The notes under the pieces are model-generated. The model was not told the DNA's origin, searched no databases, and saw nothing but the letters and a program-made list of their open reading frames with translations. DNA of 64,000 nt from the human T2T-CHM13v2.0 reference genome, Homo sapiens, in the NCBI RefSeq assembly GCF_009914755.1, contig NC_060928.1, one strand, 5' to 3'. The first letter of the stretch is position 1. Every line of letters starts with the position of its first letter. A program made the translations under genes and the position numbers. This document shows, piece after piece, positions 39,655-53,181 of this stretch.

Positions 39655-40481
39655 AAAGCATACATTCATATAGTTAAAAAAGTACTAGCCAAATATTCCT
39701 TTTCCTTCTTGATGCTGTAGTATTTTAATGTATATGTAATTCCATATATGAAGTTCAATAAAAGAAGCTTTTCACTGGCTATGTTTCTTCTCTGCCTATT
39801 TTTTCACATCCTGATTGCTACTAAAAATAGTTTTGTCATATAAATTCAGGGGTATTAAAAATGATCCATTCTGAGTGTTAAATATATGAGAAAAGCCACT
39901 ACTGGAGAAAAAAATAAGGTAGTTTATAATATATTTTGGAGACAAATTTGATTCAATTTGGAAAAAACAAAGTTTGCAACCTATATTGAATCTGAAAAAG
40001 ATATGGGTACCCTATGAAAAGGACATTTCCTTTCCCTGGATGAGGCTGTGATCACTTCGGTGAATCAGTATGAGGGAATTCATACATGGACAAAAAAATC
40101 GGACTAAATGGTCTTCTAACTCTGCTTCAACCCCTAAGGCAGTATTTTTCCTTCTCAAGTAAGAGAAAAGTATAATTGTGTGTCCAATACAAAAGGGGTA
40201 TACCTCTTGTCAGGTAAATCTTGCTAACTCTTTTTCTTTTAGTTTCATAAAACAACTAGACACATTTCTCAGAAGGACTCTAATAAGCCTTATATATATC
40301 CAAGGGCATCTAGAAAGTAAGTTTGCAGTTTTATTGCATGATGCTTAATTCAATGCATCAACTTGCCTGAGGCAACTCTATTAAAAATTATTTCTGGCTC
40401 TGTTGATGAGAGTGTTTCTGATAGTGACAGGAGACAGACAAATTCCTAAGCAGACAGGATGGGTCCCCTGTGAAACCCAAC

Positions 40482-42772
40482 TGTATTAGTCAGTTTTCAC
40501 GCTGCTGATAAAGACATACCTGAGACTGGGTAATGTATAAAGGAAAGAGGTTTAATGGAATCACAGTTCTACATGGCTGGGGAGGTCTCACAATCATGGC
40601 AGAAGGCAAAAGCTATGTCTTACATGGCAGCAGGCAAGGGAAGAGAATGAGAGCCAAGTGAACGGGGAAACTGCTTGTAAACCATCAGATCTCGTGAGAC
40701 TTATTCACTACTATGAGAACAGTATGGGGGGAACAGCCCGCATGATTCAATTATCTCCCAACAGGTTCCTCCCACAAGATGTGGGAATTATGGGAACTAC
40801 AATTCAAGATGAGATTCGGATGGGGGCACAGCCAAATTATATCATTCTGCCTCTGGCCCCTCCCAAATCTCATGTCCTCACATTTTAAAACCAATCATGC
40901 CTTCCCAAGGTCCCCCAGAGTCTTAACTCATTTCAGCATTAGCTCAAAAGTCCACAGTCCAAATCTCATCTGAGACAAAGCAAGTTCTTTTTGCCTATGA
41001 GCCTATAAAATCAAAAGCAAGCTAGTTACTTCCTAGATACAATGGGGATACAAGCATTGGATAAATACACTCATTATAAATGGGAGAAATTGGCAAAACT
41101 GAAGAGGCTAAAGTCCCCATGCAAGTGCTAAATTCAGCAGGGCAGTCAAATCTTAAAGCTCCAAAATGATCTTTTTTGACTCCATGTCTCACATCCAGGC
41201 CACACTGATGCAAGAGGTGAGTTCCCATGGTCTTGGGCAGCTCCACTCCTGTGGCTTTGCAGGGTACGGCCTCCCTCCTGGCTGCTTTCACAGGCTGGTG
41301 TTGAGTGTCTATGGATTTTCCAGGTACACAGTGCAAGCTGTGGGTGGATCTACCATTCTGGGGTCTGGAGGATGGTGTCCCTCTTCTCACATCTCCACCA
41401 GGCAGTACCCCAGTGAAGACTCTTTGTTGAGGCTTTGACTTCACATTTTCCTTCCTCACTGCCCTAGCAGAGGTTCTCCATGAGGGCCCTGCCCCTGCAG
41501 CAAACTTCTGCCTGAATATCCAGGCATTTCCATACATCCTCTGAAATCTAGGCCGAGGTTCCCAAACATCAATTCTTGACTTCTGTGCACCCGCAGCGTC
41601 AACACCATGTGGAAGCTGCCAAGGCTTGGGGCTTGCACCCTCTGAAGTCACGGCCCAAGTTGTACCTTGGCCCCTTTTAGCCATGGTTAGAGTGACTGGG
41701 GTGCAGGGCACCAAGTCTCTAGGCTGCACACAGCATGGGGTCCTGGGCCCGGCCCATGAAACCATATTTTCCTTCTAGGCCTCCAGGCCTATGATTGGGT
41801 GAGCTGCTACCAAGGTCTCTGACATGCCCTGGAGACATTTTCCCCATTGTCTTGGTGAATAACATTTGTTACTTATGCAAATTTCTGCAGCCAGCTTGAA
41901 TTTCTCCCCAAAAAATTGGATTTTCTTTTCTACCACATCATCAGGCTACAAATTTTCCAAACTTTTATGCTTGGTTTCCCTTTTAAAATGGAATGTTTTT
42001 AACAACACCCAAGTCACCCCTTGAATGCTTTGCTGCTTAGAAATTTCTTCTGCCAGATACCTTAAATCATCTCCCTCAAGTTCAAAGTTCCACAAATCTC
42101 TAGGGGAGGGTCAAAATGCCACCACACAGTCTCTGCTTAAACATAACATGAGTGACCTTTACTCTGGTTCCCAACAAGTTCCTCAATTCCATCTGAGATC
42201 ACCTCAGCCCGGATTTCACTGGAATTCATTATCAGCATTTTGCTCAAAGTCATTAAAAAAGTCTCTAAGATGTTCCAAACTTTCCCACATTTTCCTATCT
42301 TCTTCTGAGCCCTCCAAACTGTTCCAACCTCTTCCTGTTACCCAGTTCCAAAGTTGCTTTCACATTTTTGGGTATCTTGACAGCAGCACCCCATTCCCAG
42401 TACCAGTTTACTTTATTAGTCCATTTTCACACTACTGATAAAGACATACCTGGCACTGGGTAATTTATAAAGCAAAAAGGTTTCATGGACTCACAGTTCC
42501 ACATGGTTGGGGAGGCCTCACAATCATGGCGGAAGGCAAAAGGCATGTCTTACAAGGTGACAGGCAAGAGAGAATGAGAGCCAAGCAAAATGGAGAACCC
42601 CTTATAAAACCATCAGATCTCATGAGACTTATTCACTACCACAAGAACAGTATGGGGGAAACCATCCCCATAATTCAGTTATCTCTCACTGGTTCCCTCC
42701 CACAACACTTAGGAATTACAGGAGCTACAATTTAAGATGAGATTTGGGTGAGGACACAGCCAAACCATGTCA
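40482..42772 (-). mobile_element. Full-length THE1 (THE1D-like) MaLR: 3'LTR 40482-40844, internal 40845-42411, 5'LTR 42412-42772
   Basis: Two LTRs in minus orientation (tgtattagtc...tatatca; tttattagtc...catgtca), THE1-int ORF remnant 41022-41765, TSD ccaac/ctgac. Confidence 0.95.
40743..40753 (-). promoter_or_regulatory. Intact DUX4 motif TAATTGAATCA in THE1D 3'LTR
   Basis: Plus strand tgattcaatta; matches TAAYYBAATCA, the known DUX4 site of THE1/MaLR LTRs. Confidence 0.6.
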
Positions 42773-44391
42773 CTGACCTTAAGCCAAAGACAGCCTGAAG
42801 CCTGAAAAGCAAGCTGCCAGTGCCACGTGAAGTCCATGACCAGAGTGAGAACTGCCTTGATGCCTTTTAGCCAATCGAATGGTGTTTTTCCAGGCCTTCC
42901 CATGGACCAATCAGCATGCACTCCCTCATTCTGAGCCCGTAAAGACCCTCGACTCAGCCTTACAGATGGCTATGATTTGCAGCCCCCTCTCACACACAGG
43001 ACTACCCACTTTGGGTTCCCTTTCATGTGGAGAGCTTTTCTGTGGCTCAGTAAAATTCTTCTCTCCCTTGCTTACTCTCTGGTGTCCACACACCTCATTC
43101 TTCTCAGTTATGTAAAAGAACCCAGGCCCGCAGAATGGTGAGTGCAAAAAGAGGTATAACACCTGCTCCTGCTTGCTGAGCTGCAGGAGTAAAAAGACTG
43201 CTAGGTACCACACGCCCCTGTCCACCAAGCTGAGGGTGACAGGGAGAGCAATAACATGCCCCTGTCTGCTGAGCTGCAGGCAACAAGGAGAACTGTAGCA
43301 CACCCCCATTGTCCTAGCTGCAGGCATGAAGAAGTGAAGCAGTTTGGCACCATTCCCTCCTGGCTGGCTGGCTGAACTACAAGATCTACAACATTTCTTG
43401 GGGGCTCAGATCTCAGGATTCCCCCAGCGAGAGCTGTAACACCCCTTGGGACTCTGCAGTTGCTGGAATTTCTGAGTTTTTAGGTGCCATCACATTCCCC
43501 CTCATCTAGACTCCAGTGCCCAAGGTGAAAACCTCCCGTGGCATGTCCAGTCCAGCTGTGGGCTGAGTGCAGAGTCCCTTTGCATGTGTGGGATCTGGGG
43601 CAGGGTGTGAGCCAAGTGCAGCCTGCCAGGCTGAGTGGGTGGAGTGAGCCCAGCGGGCCAAACAAGGCTGCAGGCAGAGGTCACGGTGGCCACAGAGATT
43701 TCCCGCTGACAAAGCAGCACCGAAGGAATCCTGTAACATTTCAGATGAGATCAGCATCTGAATTAGTGGGTTCAGTAAAGCAGATTGTCCCTCACTCCCA
43801 GTGTGGGCAGGCATCCTGCAATCCATTAAGTGTCTGTATAAAACAAAAGGAGGAGGAGGAGCTTGCCCCCCTTCTCCCCTTCCTTACTGCTTGAGCTGCA
43901 ACATCTCATCTCACCTTACCTGCCCTCAAACAGGGATTTACATCATCACCTACCCGTTCTCAGGCCTTCAAACTCACACTGAATTACATCAATGGCTTTC
44001 CTGGATCGCTGGCTTGCAGACAGCAAATCCCAGGACTTTTCAGCTTCCCATAACCACATGAACAAATTCCTCATAATACCTCTCTCTCCCCTACTCTCTC
44101 ACGCTCACTCTCTTTCTCTTCTCTTGGTTCTTTTTCTCTGAAGAAATTACATAGTACACGTTGTAACCCAAATTAATGGAGGAAACACCAGAATCTGTTT
44201 GATTGGACCTCACACCAACAGCTCCTACCACACAGTTGTTGCTTTTGCTATAGTTTTTCTGTTTTATGTTGCTATTCTTATTCCATGGAGGTTTTTACAA
44301 ATATCCATTTAATTACAATAGTTTATCACCTGCTATCTCTGATTTTGATTTTAGCATTTGCTAAAACAATTATATGATACAAAGAATGTAT

Positions 44392-44889
44392 TGTAAAGCC
44401 TGAAATTAAGGTCCAGTATTATATGCTACCTTAATATGTGGTGAAATTGGAATCGCCTTACCTGGCCTAACATATTTTTCCTCAATCTGCTCCCTCAGAT
44501 AAAGTCCCCTCACCAAACAAACCTGTTTATCAAGGGGACCAGGCACAGCCCCTTCTTCTTCTTGAGTAGTGGATTTTAGTTCCCTGACAGCCTGTGAAAT
44601 TACTCAGACAAGCCAATCACATCCTCCTGCAGGAATCAGGGGGCACTTCACCCTCTCTATACTATAAGCTTGACTCCACAGCCCCTGGTTGTTAGCTCTG
44701 TTCTCAAGGTCAACTGTCATGGGGCCCTGGGTGGCAAGCAGGTACCTCCTTCCCAAGCTGTGAGTGTAAGAGACTAATAAATTGCTATCTCATCTGCCCA
44801 GTAATGGGTGTTCTGTGTTCAACCATTCCCATAACTCTGGGGTGGGAATCCTTTCCTCACCAATGGAGCAAATAGGAAGTGATTAAACA
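44392..44889 (+). mobile_element. ERV solo LTR (~500 bp; family uncertain, MER90-like)
   Basis: TG..CA termini (tgtaaagcctgaaattaagg ... gattaaaca), with CCAAT box, tataag TATA-like box and aataaa in LTR order; no clear TSD. Confidence 0.7.
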
Positions 44890-46639
44890 AAAAGAAAACA
44901 TGGTAGCATTAAATATAAATTTCTTTGTTTTATTGAACTGTCGTGTCACAGACATGTTAGTCTGTTCATAATTGGCCATTCATTATTTTTTTAGAAATTG
45001 AAAATCACTCAAAATATGCCAAGATATCTTCTTAGGTTTTACAAAAACTACTCTGTTATTGTGAAAGTTGTACCTGTTTTCTCCTTAAAAACAGAAAAGA
45101 GAAAGAAAATATGCATTCTTCAGGAGTATAAAAAGCCACATTTGGATACCGATCACTTTTAGGTAATAAAAGTTTGTGTGTCTATTCATTTTCTCACTGT
45201 TTCAACATTTTTATTTTTCTGTGTCAACTAAATAGTAATACTTTCTTACATATTTATGTTATTTCTCTATAATTTTATTCTATACCACTAATACATTATT
45301 CTCATTATTATATTGGAAATAGGCTCATATATAATCCACAATGTATCTTCCATAAATATTTAGGTTTTTTAAAAAATTATTTTTAAAGCAATAAATAGTT
45401 GTTAATATAAACCTAGATATATATTTACATGTGTAAGTATGTGTGTGTGTATGAGCGTGTGTGTTCGAGTGTTATATCTTAAATGTTTCTAATTTTTTTA
45501 ATTGTCATTTTTTGGGGGGGATGCAAACAATTCCCAATACTTATTTTTCTACAATAGCAATAAGTCTCACATAAAAAGACAACCCTTTGTAAACTTTGTG
45601 AGTCAATCTGTGTTCTATACTGAGTGTTACTTGTTTTATTATGTGTGACCTGATCAGAGGCACAATAATTTGTGGCACCTCAGTCATGTGCAATAACCAT
45701 TTCACATCAAAAAGCAAACAACCAATCTGACTTTTACTATTACACGGTTCATATGAAATGTGGTTACTTAGACCTGAAGCAGCAAGCAAGCATGAAATGC
45801 AATATTATTTAACATTAGATGTAAAACTTATTTGAGGGAGAAAAAGAAAAAGAAAATTTTAATAGAAGAGATAGTGAAAATTGCTAGAAAGAAAAATCCT
45901 GGAAGAAATAAAGCCTCTGACAAGCTGAATTGTTGAAGGCTTAGGTCCTGCTGATGATTGCCTGTGATCCTGGTACATGCAATTGAGCAAATAGTAATTA
46001 ATAAACTAAAGAGAATAACTCTTCTGATCATTCAGTTTTCTTCAAAAAAGGTGGGGAAGCTTTGATGTGAGAGAATCTCTTTTATTAGGAGGGAGTCTTG
46101 AGAATCTGTACACAAGCACTGTATTTTGATCAAGTTTCTCTAAGGGCCATAAATATCTCCTGACATGCAAGTTAAAGCAGTTTGAAATTGCATAAAATCC
46201 TTGAGGAGAGTAAGGTTTAATATTACCTAACCCTTTGAAGAAATACACAAGACAGAGAATTAGAATTAGAGAATTGTTTAGTGAAAAGAACTTCTGAAAC
46301 TCTGTAAAGAAATGAAAGGAAGACAACGGGCAAAAGCTTTTCTTTTCTAATGTTTGTAAAGTGTATGAAATATAATTAAGATATAACTTCCTCCATTCTG
46401 GAAGGATGGCTGAAAGGAAGAGGACCATATTTGAAGTGAAAGTAAGTGTATGCAAATAATTTTCTGCATGAGTTATTTTTAAAATAGCAGTTCAATAATT
46501 ACAAAAGAAGTTAAGAGTTGTTTCTAGTGTGAAAGTTGTCAATTCTGAAGTAAATAATTTTTGATGACTGTCATCGTTTCATGACTGATAAATAAGCTAG
46601 ATGAGTATGTATTTAAGTTTGAAGCTGCCTCCAAAACAG

Positions 46640-47240
46640 TAATTCATTCAATAAATAAGGCACAGACATTTGCTTGTGCTAAACTTGGAATTGCATTGTT
46701 TTCTACTAAACCACATAATATATTTAATTCAACAAATACTGCACAACTTCTACTGTCAAAATGCAGTTATGTTTGATAAAGTCTGTAGTTTAATATTTGG
46801 AATGGAAAACAGAATAATTGCAATTAAAAATTTGAAATGTTCATGGCCAAATTAATTTATGTGGATTAACACAGGAGGAAAACAGTAAGAGTATAATAGA
46901 GGAATTCTTTAAACATCAGGAAGGGTGGTGCATTTGGGCAGCAATTTGAGGATTATGTACAATAGGCACAATCTTGTTCTGGGTGAGTTAGGCATTGGTG
47001 GAGGCACGGGTGGAGGGACTGGCGAAGGGAGGTCAAGCTAGTGAGCATGGTGGCAGTCTAGTTTGACAGGAGGACGGGATTCTCGTAAGATATGGGAAAA
47101 AGTAAGTATTGAAGAAGTAACTTAAGTGGCAGATGATGAATGCCAGGCTGGGATTTTATATTAATCTGCAAAGCAAAAGAACCCCACTGAGAGCTTGAGT
47201 AGAGAGGGATTATGCGAAGTGCTAATGCTCTGAGGATTTT
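46640..47240 (-). mobile_element. L2 fragments
   Basis: attcattcaataaata..; tgaatgccaggctg..atctgcaaagcaaaagaacccccactgagagcttgagtagagaggg. Confidence 0.55.
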
Positions 47241-47504
47241 AGTTCTTTACTTAACTTTTCCTACTGGAGGGCCTCTGTCTTATCTAGAATTGTATTTGTT
47301 GGTGTGTCTGTGTGTAATTATGTGTGGGTGTGCAATGGTTTCAGGTTGAAATGTAAGAATATTCTAAACTAGATTATTCCACTCAGGACTTCTGATGGAT
47401 ATCTCAGACTTGGAAGCTGATCTTTTGAAATTCTTTCCTGAAAAGATATTAACTTTTGTTACTTAAGAGGCTCAGCTCATTCATCAAGCTACTTTGAACA
47501 ACTT

Positions 47505-47625
47505 AAAATATAAAGTATTTAATTTATATTTATACTATATTAAATTATTTTATAATACATAAAATATACATATAATAAATATTATAAAAGTAATATTATA
47601 TACACATAATAAATATAAAAGACAA
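47505..47625. repeat. AT-rich low-complexity tract
   Basis: Near-pure A/T run. Confidence 0.7.
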
Positions 47626-48044
47626 TACTTTGCTTGTTACTCAAGTTATTATTGTATTATTACTCTGTCATCTACTTTGCCATCATATTAGAATGTATTT
47701 AGGTTTTTCTGGTTTCTATATAGGCATAGTTTTTTTTTTACATTTTAATTCACACAAGACATTAATAATGTTAGGGGCTGTCTGTGCCCCAAACATAGAG
47801 GATAAAGAATTTTTCCCCAGTTTTCTCCCTGAAGTCCCTTTATTATGTCCCTAAAAACAGATCTCTAGAAATGATTTTTCAGTTTTTCATGTATTTGTTG
47901 CTTTGGTAACTCAACATTTGAAAGCAGAAACCTCTTGTTATCTCATTTAATGAACTAGGAAGTTAACAGTCAAAAAAGGCTCAATGGTTAGTGAGCATTG
48001 TTGATTTGTTTTGATAAGCAATGTTTAGTAGAAATAGTGTGCTT

Positions 48045-48308
48045 TGGATGAACTTTCTAATTTTCTAGTAGCCACATTATAAAAAAAGAAACGGGTGAAA
48101 ATAATTGTAATAATATATTTTGTTTAATCTAATATACCTAAAATATTTTCATACAACATGTATTTGATAATAAAATTATTAATGAGATACGTTTTTTGTT
48201 CATACTAAGTCTTTGTAATCAGGTCTGTATTTTAAACTGCACATCCTAACTCAAAGCAGTTCTCCATAACCAGGTGCGGCTCATGACTACCATCTTGGAC
48301 AGTGTGGC
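48045..48308 (-). mobile_element. MER33 hAT-Charlie element
   Basis: aattttctagtagccacatt..aagaaacgggtgaaa..attattaatgagata..tactaagtctt..actaccatcttggacagtgtg. Confidence 0.85.
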
Positions 48309-48717
48309 TCTAGACCATTGTTACCTATTCTTAGTGGAATGAAATTCATGTAATCATTGAAGTATCAGTGATTTTCATTATATAAATGAGGAAGTTACTA
48401 ATTTAATATTCCTGACTTTAAATCTACATGTTGGATAGTTATGCTGAAGGAAAACTGCTATAATCCTTCTACAGATTCAAGTCCTATGAAAATCCAGACA
48501 ATTGTGAACTTTTGTAAAGACTCTAGGTGGATATATCATTAAGTTATTGGAATGCTACTTTTTCTGGTCTCTTTGTAGAAAAAAAGACACAAATTATCCA
48601 CCTACCATCTTGGAAGATTGGTATTTGTGCTTCACAACTTTAGACAAAGAGAAGCTGGTTGTCCTAGGGACAATTCACAGGAGACGAGCTAAGAAATGTC
48701 ATACCCTGGATACTTCA

Positions 48718-49082
48718 TGTCTCATTCTGCTTGGACTGCCATAACAAAATACCATAGAAGGGGTGACTTAACAGAAATTTTTCTCAAAGCTCTGGATGCT
48801 AGAATCCAAGAGCAAGGTCCTAGACAATTTGGTTCCTCTTGAGGGCTCTCTTCCAGACTTGCAGGTGGCCCCCATCTCACTGTGTTCTCACAGGGCAGAG
48901 AGAGAGGGATCAAGCTCTCTGGTCTCTTCTTATAAGAGAACTATTCCCATCAGGAAGACCCACCCGCACAACTTCATCTCAACCTAATGACTTCCCAAAG
49001 GTGCAAGCTCCAAATACCATCATATTACCATATTTAATGCTTCAACATATGAATTTTGGAGGGACACATTCTGAGTATAGCT
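48718..49082 (-). mobile_element. MLT1A-type MaLR solo LTR
   Basis: ctgccataacaaaataccatag..gagggctctcttcc..tctcttcttataag..cttcccaaag..ctccaaataccatca..ttcaacatatgaattttggagggacac. Confidence 0.88.
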
Positions 49083-49189
49083 CTCTCTGCCTTCTATCAA
49101 TTAGATTTCGCAGAGAACTGAATTCCTTCTAATCCTTTCTTTGTCAAACATTCATCACAGATCCAGGCAGAGGGCTCTTTTATTTATTT

Positions 49190-49680
49190 AGCTAGCTAAT
49201 TCATTATTTTAAATAATCTAATGACAATTCATGAACCCACCTCTGTGCATAAAATATAAGGCGTTGACAATAACCTACATCTAACCATAGGTTCTACCTC
49301 TCCTTTTTTCCAAGTAAGCACCTCATCCTACTCGAGTTAAACATGATTTTGAATCCTGTGTTTATTCTTTCTTCACTTTTCATATTTGTGTAGTTTTATT
49401 GAATGTATACAAATTTCTAAAAATATATGCTTTCCTTGTTTCAAGTATATAATATAGTATGCTATGTATGGTAGTTTGAAAATAATAATTATATTATTAT
49501 GATACATTCTTATTGTATATCACTATAGATCATTTGTTTCAAATGCTATATATTTCACTATGTAAGTCTTTACAGTTTTATTTACCCACTCTCTACTTGA
49601 TGCATATTCTTTCTAGTTTAGTGGTATTGTGACTAGTGCTGCTATGAATATTCTTGTATGTCTTCTGCTGTGCATAATAT
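49190..49680 (-). mobile_element. Old L1ME-type 3' fragment
   Basis: catgaacccacc..; tattgtgactagtgctgctatgaatattcttgtatgtcttctg. Confidence 0.6.
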
Positions 49681-50721
49681 ACATCGTATTCCTTTTCTCC
49701 CAATAACTCAACACATTTAAATCATCCTGTATCATGTGTCAAGTACATGTGCTTGTTATGCTATCCTTTTTTTCTTGACTTTTCTTTTTTTATAAGCAAA
49801 GATGTGATCCACAATGTCCTCCTTGATAACTAGGGTCTACCTAGAGCTTAAGAGCTCCTTCAAAATATATAACTTATGATTGTTTGTTCTGCTGATATTT
49901 AGGTTTCCATGAATTTATTGAATACCAAAGGGATAGTGACAAGTAGTTTTTGCCCTGTTTGGATAACTTCTTAAGCATGGACTGAAATTTTTAGTTAGGA
50001 AGAACAAGGCGTTATAATTATATGGAACAGTGTATGTGTCTGATATTCTTAGCATCTATTCTTCTAATTTAATAATATTTTTGATGCCTAACATTTTAAT
50101 TAATCTCTCTTCCATTTATCATTTAAGTACTTCCCTAACTCTGACTTTACTCAGTATTATACTCTGAGAGACTAAAAATACGACTCATCCTATCTCTAGA
50201 TACGCTTTCCTTTCAAATATTTCTTCTGCTGCTAATTTAGTCTCAGACAGATTATTGCATAGGGTCTATTTAGATGAAGATTTGTATTCATTAGGCAGGA
50301 TGAAATAATCACAACATCACTGAATTTGGGACAAGAAGACCAGATCTGTGTCATGGTTCTGGTAAAATAACCAAATTCCTACACACCATCCATTCCTCCA
50401 ACCCCAGGCAGGGATTGGCCCAACCAATGAGTTTACCAATTGTCAATGGTCAGAGAATAGTTTTCTGGGGCCTCAAATTTGCATAAGTATTATTTCTCTG
50501 GGCGGTAAAGGTACTGAGATCCAAAGAGATAACTGCTTCAAAGTCAGTTAAGGAAAACCAAATAAAGTTTAAAAACAATAAGGGGGCAGGGTGGGTTAAA
50601 GTGAAAGCAAACTGGGAATAAAGGAAGAGGACTAGGGAATTATAAAATGCAATCCCTTTAGGTATGAACGCAAATGTTATAACTTCCATGGTGTTTTCAA
50701 AAAGACAGAAAAACAGGTCTT

Positions 50722-50903
50722 GCTGGGCACAGTGGTTCACACCTGTAATCCCAGCATTTTTGGAGGCCAAGGTGGGAGGAACACTTGAGACCAAGAGTTA
50801 GAGACCAGCCCGGGCAACATAGTGAGACCTCATTTTTACTAAATCTTTTAAAAAGTTATTTAAAAATAAAAACATTTAAAAAGAATTTAAAAAACAAAAA
50901 AAA
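50722..50903 (+). mobile_element. FLAM/AluJ left monomer with decayed A-rich tail
   Basis: gctgggcacagtggttcacacctgtaatcccagc..gagaccagcccgggcaacatagtgagacctc + A-rich tail. Confidence 0.88.
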
Positions 50904-53181
50904 TTGCTTTTAACAAGAACAATATATTCTATCACCAACTGCTTAAGAACACATTCAGAAGCTAGAGAACAGGAAAAAATATTCTTAACTTTCCTCTTTG
51001 GACCTCCAGAGGACAGTCATTCTACAGTGGCTTTGTAAGCTTCTTCCTTGCTTAAATTCTCTATTCCACCTTCTTATTTTCCCAAAGCATTACTCACAAT
51101 CATCCCAAGAACCCAACTGTACCTTGTGGCCAGCAACTGATTCAAACCTAAGATGACTCTTTATTTTGGTCTGTTCTACAAAGGACAGTGTGGCTTGCTT
51201 GTGGACAGCAGACTGTAAGAGCTTCCAGAGCAAAACATCAAAATAAAACATGTTTTTCTATATAAAATGTATTTTTAAAAAATCCTTTTCCATCCATGTA
51301 AGAAAGAAAAAATGGTGAATGTGACAAAGAAACTCCTTCTTCCCTGTGTCTGTTAGTTTTTCATTAAGAACCCTAAACAGGACTGACATCATTTTTAGTC
51401 AAGTCATATGGCCTTGTTAAATCCTAGCATTGTCATTTATAGAAACACTGAACTGTGACTATGTATAAGCATTAAGGTAAATATCAGATTATTTAGATAT
51501 ATGAAAAAACATAAAAAGAATCAGCAAAAATAAATAAAAGTGATTGTTACTGAGGAAAGGGAATATTTGGAAGGAAGTGGTGAAACAACTGCCAATTTCA
51601 TACAAGCTCTGTAGTGTTATTTATTTATTTTGTTACATACTGTTAAAAATAAAAATTAAAATATGCAATCAGTGTAATTGGGAAAATGTATATGAACCAA
51701 ACATGATCAAATTGTTATTGTTATACTTCCAAAGGAAAAAATTGACCTAAAAATCCATTTGGAACAATTATATATGAAGATTTTATGAAGAATGAACAAA
51801 ATGGATCTTTTTCACTGTCCTACACAAAAATGTGATTATGACTACACTCAATGCAATTATCTCTGAAAAGTTATATTTTAATGGAAATTTACCAATATTC
51901 ACATAATGCTGTAGAAAATAATTGTATATGTAAATAATAATGAAAACATCTATTGAGTTGAATGATACAAGTAATCAGAAGGAAAAATAACTTTTACTCA
52001 TTAGTGTTATTTTGATGGAGGAACTATTATTTGAGATGGCACTCAAGCTGACGTAGCGGAAAAGATACACTTTTTAAACAGAAAAAAAATGGCATTGGCA
52101 AAAGCAGCAGCTTTAGAAAATAAAAAATTCAAAATGAAACCTGGGATTAGACCATTTTTCTAGTACAGATTTTGTGTAGAGGGTTATTGTATGATAACCG
52201 TTAAAAAGTGGCTAATAGTTAATATTGTGTGGTTTCTTAAAAATTCGGCTATAGTGTGTTCTCTTCCCACTGCATTGTTAAAAGAAACAAACAAACAAAA
52301 AACCCTGCATGTACTCAGCATAGGCAATACTGTTACCTCATTGTAAGAACTAATTGGAGAGGAGCAACCTTACAGGATTCCCTTTGCTATTCCATAACAG
52401 AAGATTTAGAGTAAAGCTAGCTTATTCAGCTTTACAAGTTACACAGTAAAAATGTTACTCCATAGGCTTGGTGAAATAACTTCAGGACTTATTGTTCTCG
52501 GGAGTCTAACAGATCCACTTCAAACTGCAGAATTTATATCATTCAGTATCAGTTTTGCTGATAAATATACTAAAGGAACATAACTAATTTTGGATGCAAA
52601 TTTTGTGCATCCTGTTTGGATAGAATGCAGTAAATATGTATCAGAGCCCAAATGATAAATGTCAAGTTGTTCAGATGATTAGAAAGGTATCTCCAGAGCT
52701 TGAATTTAAAAACTAGATGAAAAGGGCTACCTTAACAAGGTATTTAATTTAGAGATCATTTGTAGTGACAAATAAAGTTATTTATTAGTAGGAGCTGATT
52801 TTTCACAAGAGAAGATTTGGTAACATTTAAGCAAAGAGCATGATATTATATATTTACCTTTACCTGGACAGAAAAGTTTAAGTTGTTTTAAAGAAAATAC
52901 ACAAGGATTAGCTCACTCATGTTCCTATTATGCAACAATAGTGAATTTAACATATTTCAGTTTTTTTCTATAAAATTTGTAGAATTGTTTTTCTATTATA
53001 ACCTTTATGTCTTATTCCAAATTTTCTATCTAAAAGTAATGAACACCATTATGCAAAAAAAGCTAAAACATTTTGTGTCGTTTCTCAAAATTAGTAATCC
53101 CATTTGAAAAAAAAATTTAAATGATATTTGCAAATGAGTTCCTCTAAAACCTTAATTTTTCTTTTCAGTAAATCACAGCTA

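Larger units (their letters stand above)
40419..43738 (+). mobile_element. LTR28-like (LTR27/28, ERV1) solo LTR split into 40419-40481 and 42778-43738
   Basis: tgatagtgacaggagacagacaaattcc..gaaacccaac|cttaagccaaagacagcctgaagcc..aatcctgtaaca; perfect 4-bp TSD tttc (40415-40418, 43739-43742); ~1 kb when rejoined. Confidence 0.8.
40337..44158 (+). mobile_element. MLT2 (ERVL) solo LTR split into 40337-40418 and 43743-44158 by nested insertions
   Basis: Rejoined gagagtgtttc|agatgagatcagcatctgaattag..gtaaagcagattg matches MLT2; ends ttggttctttttctctgaagaa..tagtaca. Confidence 0.85.
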
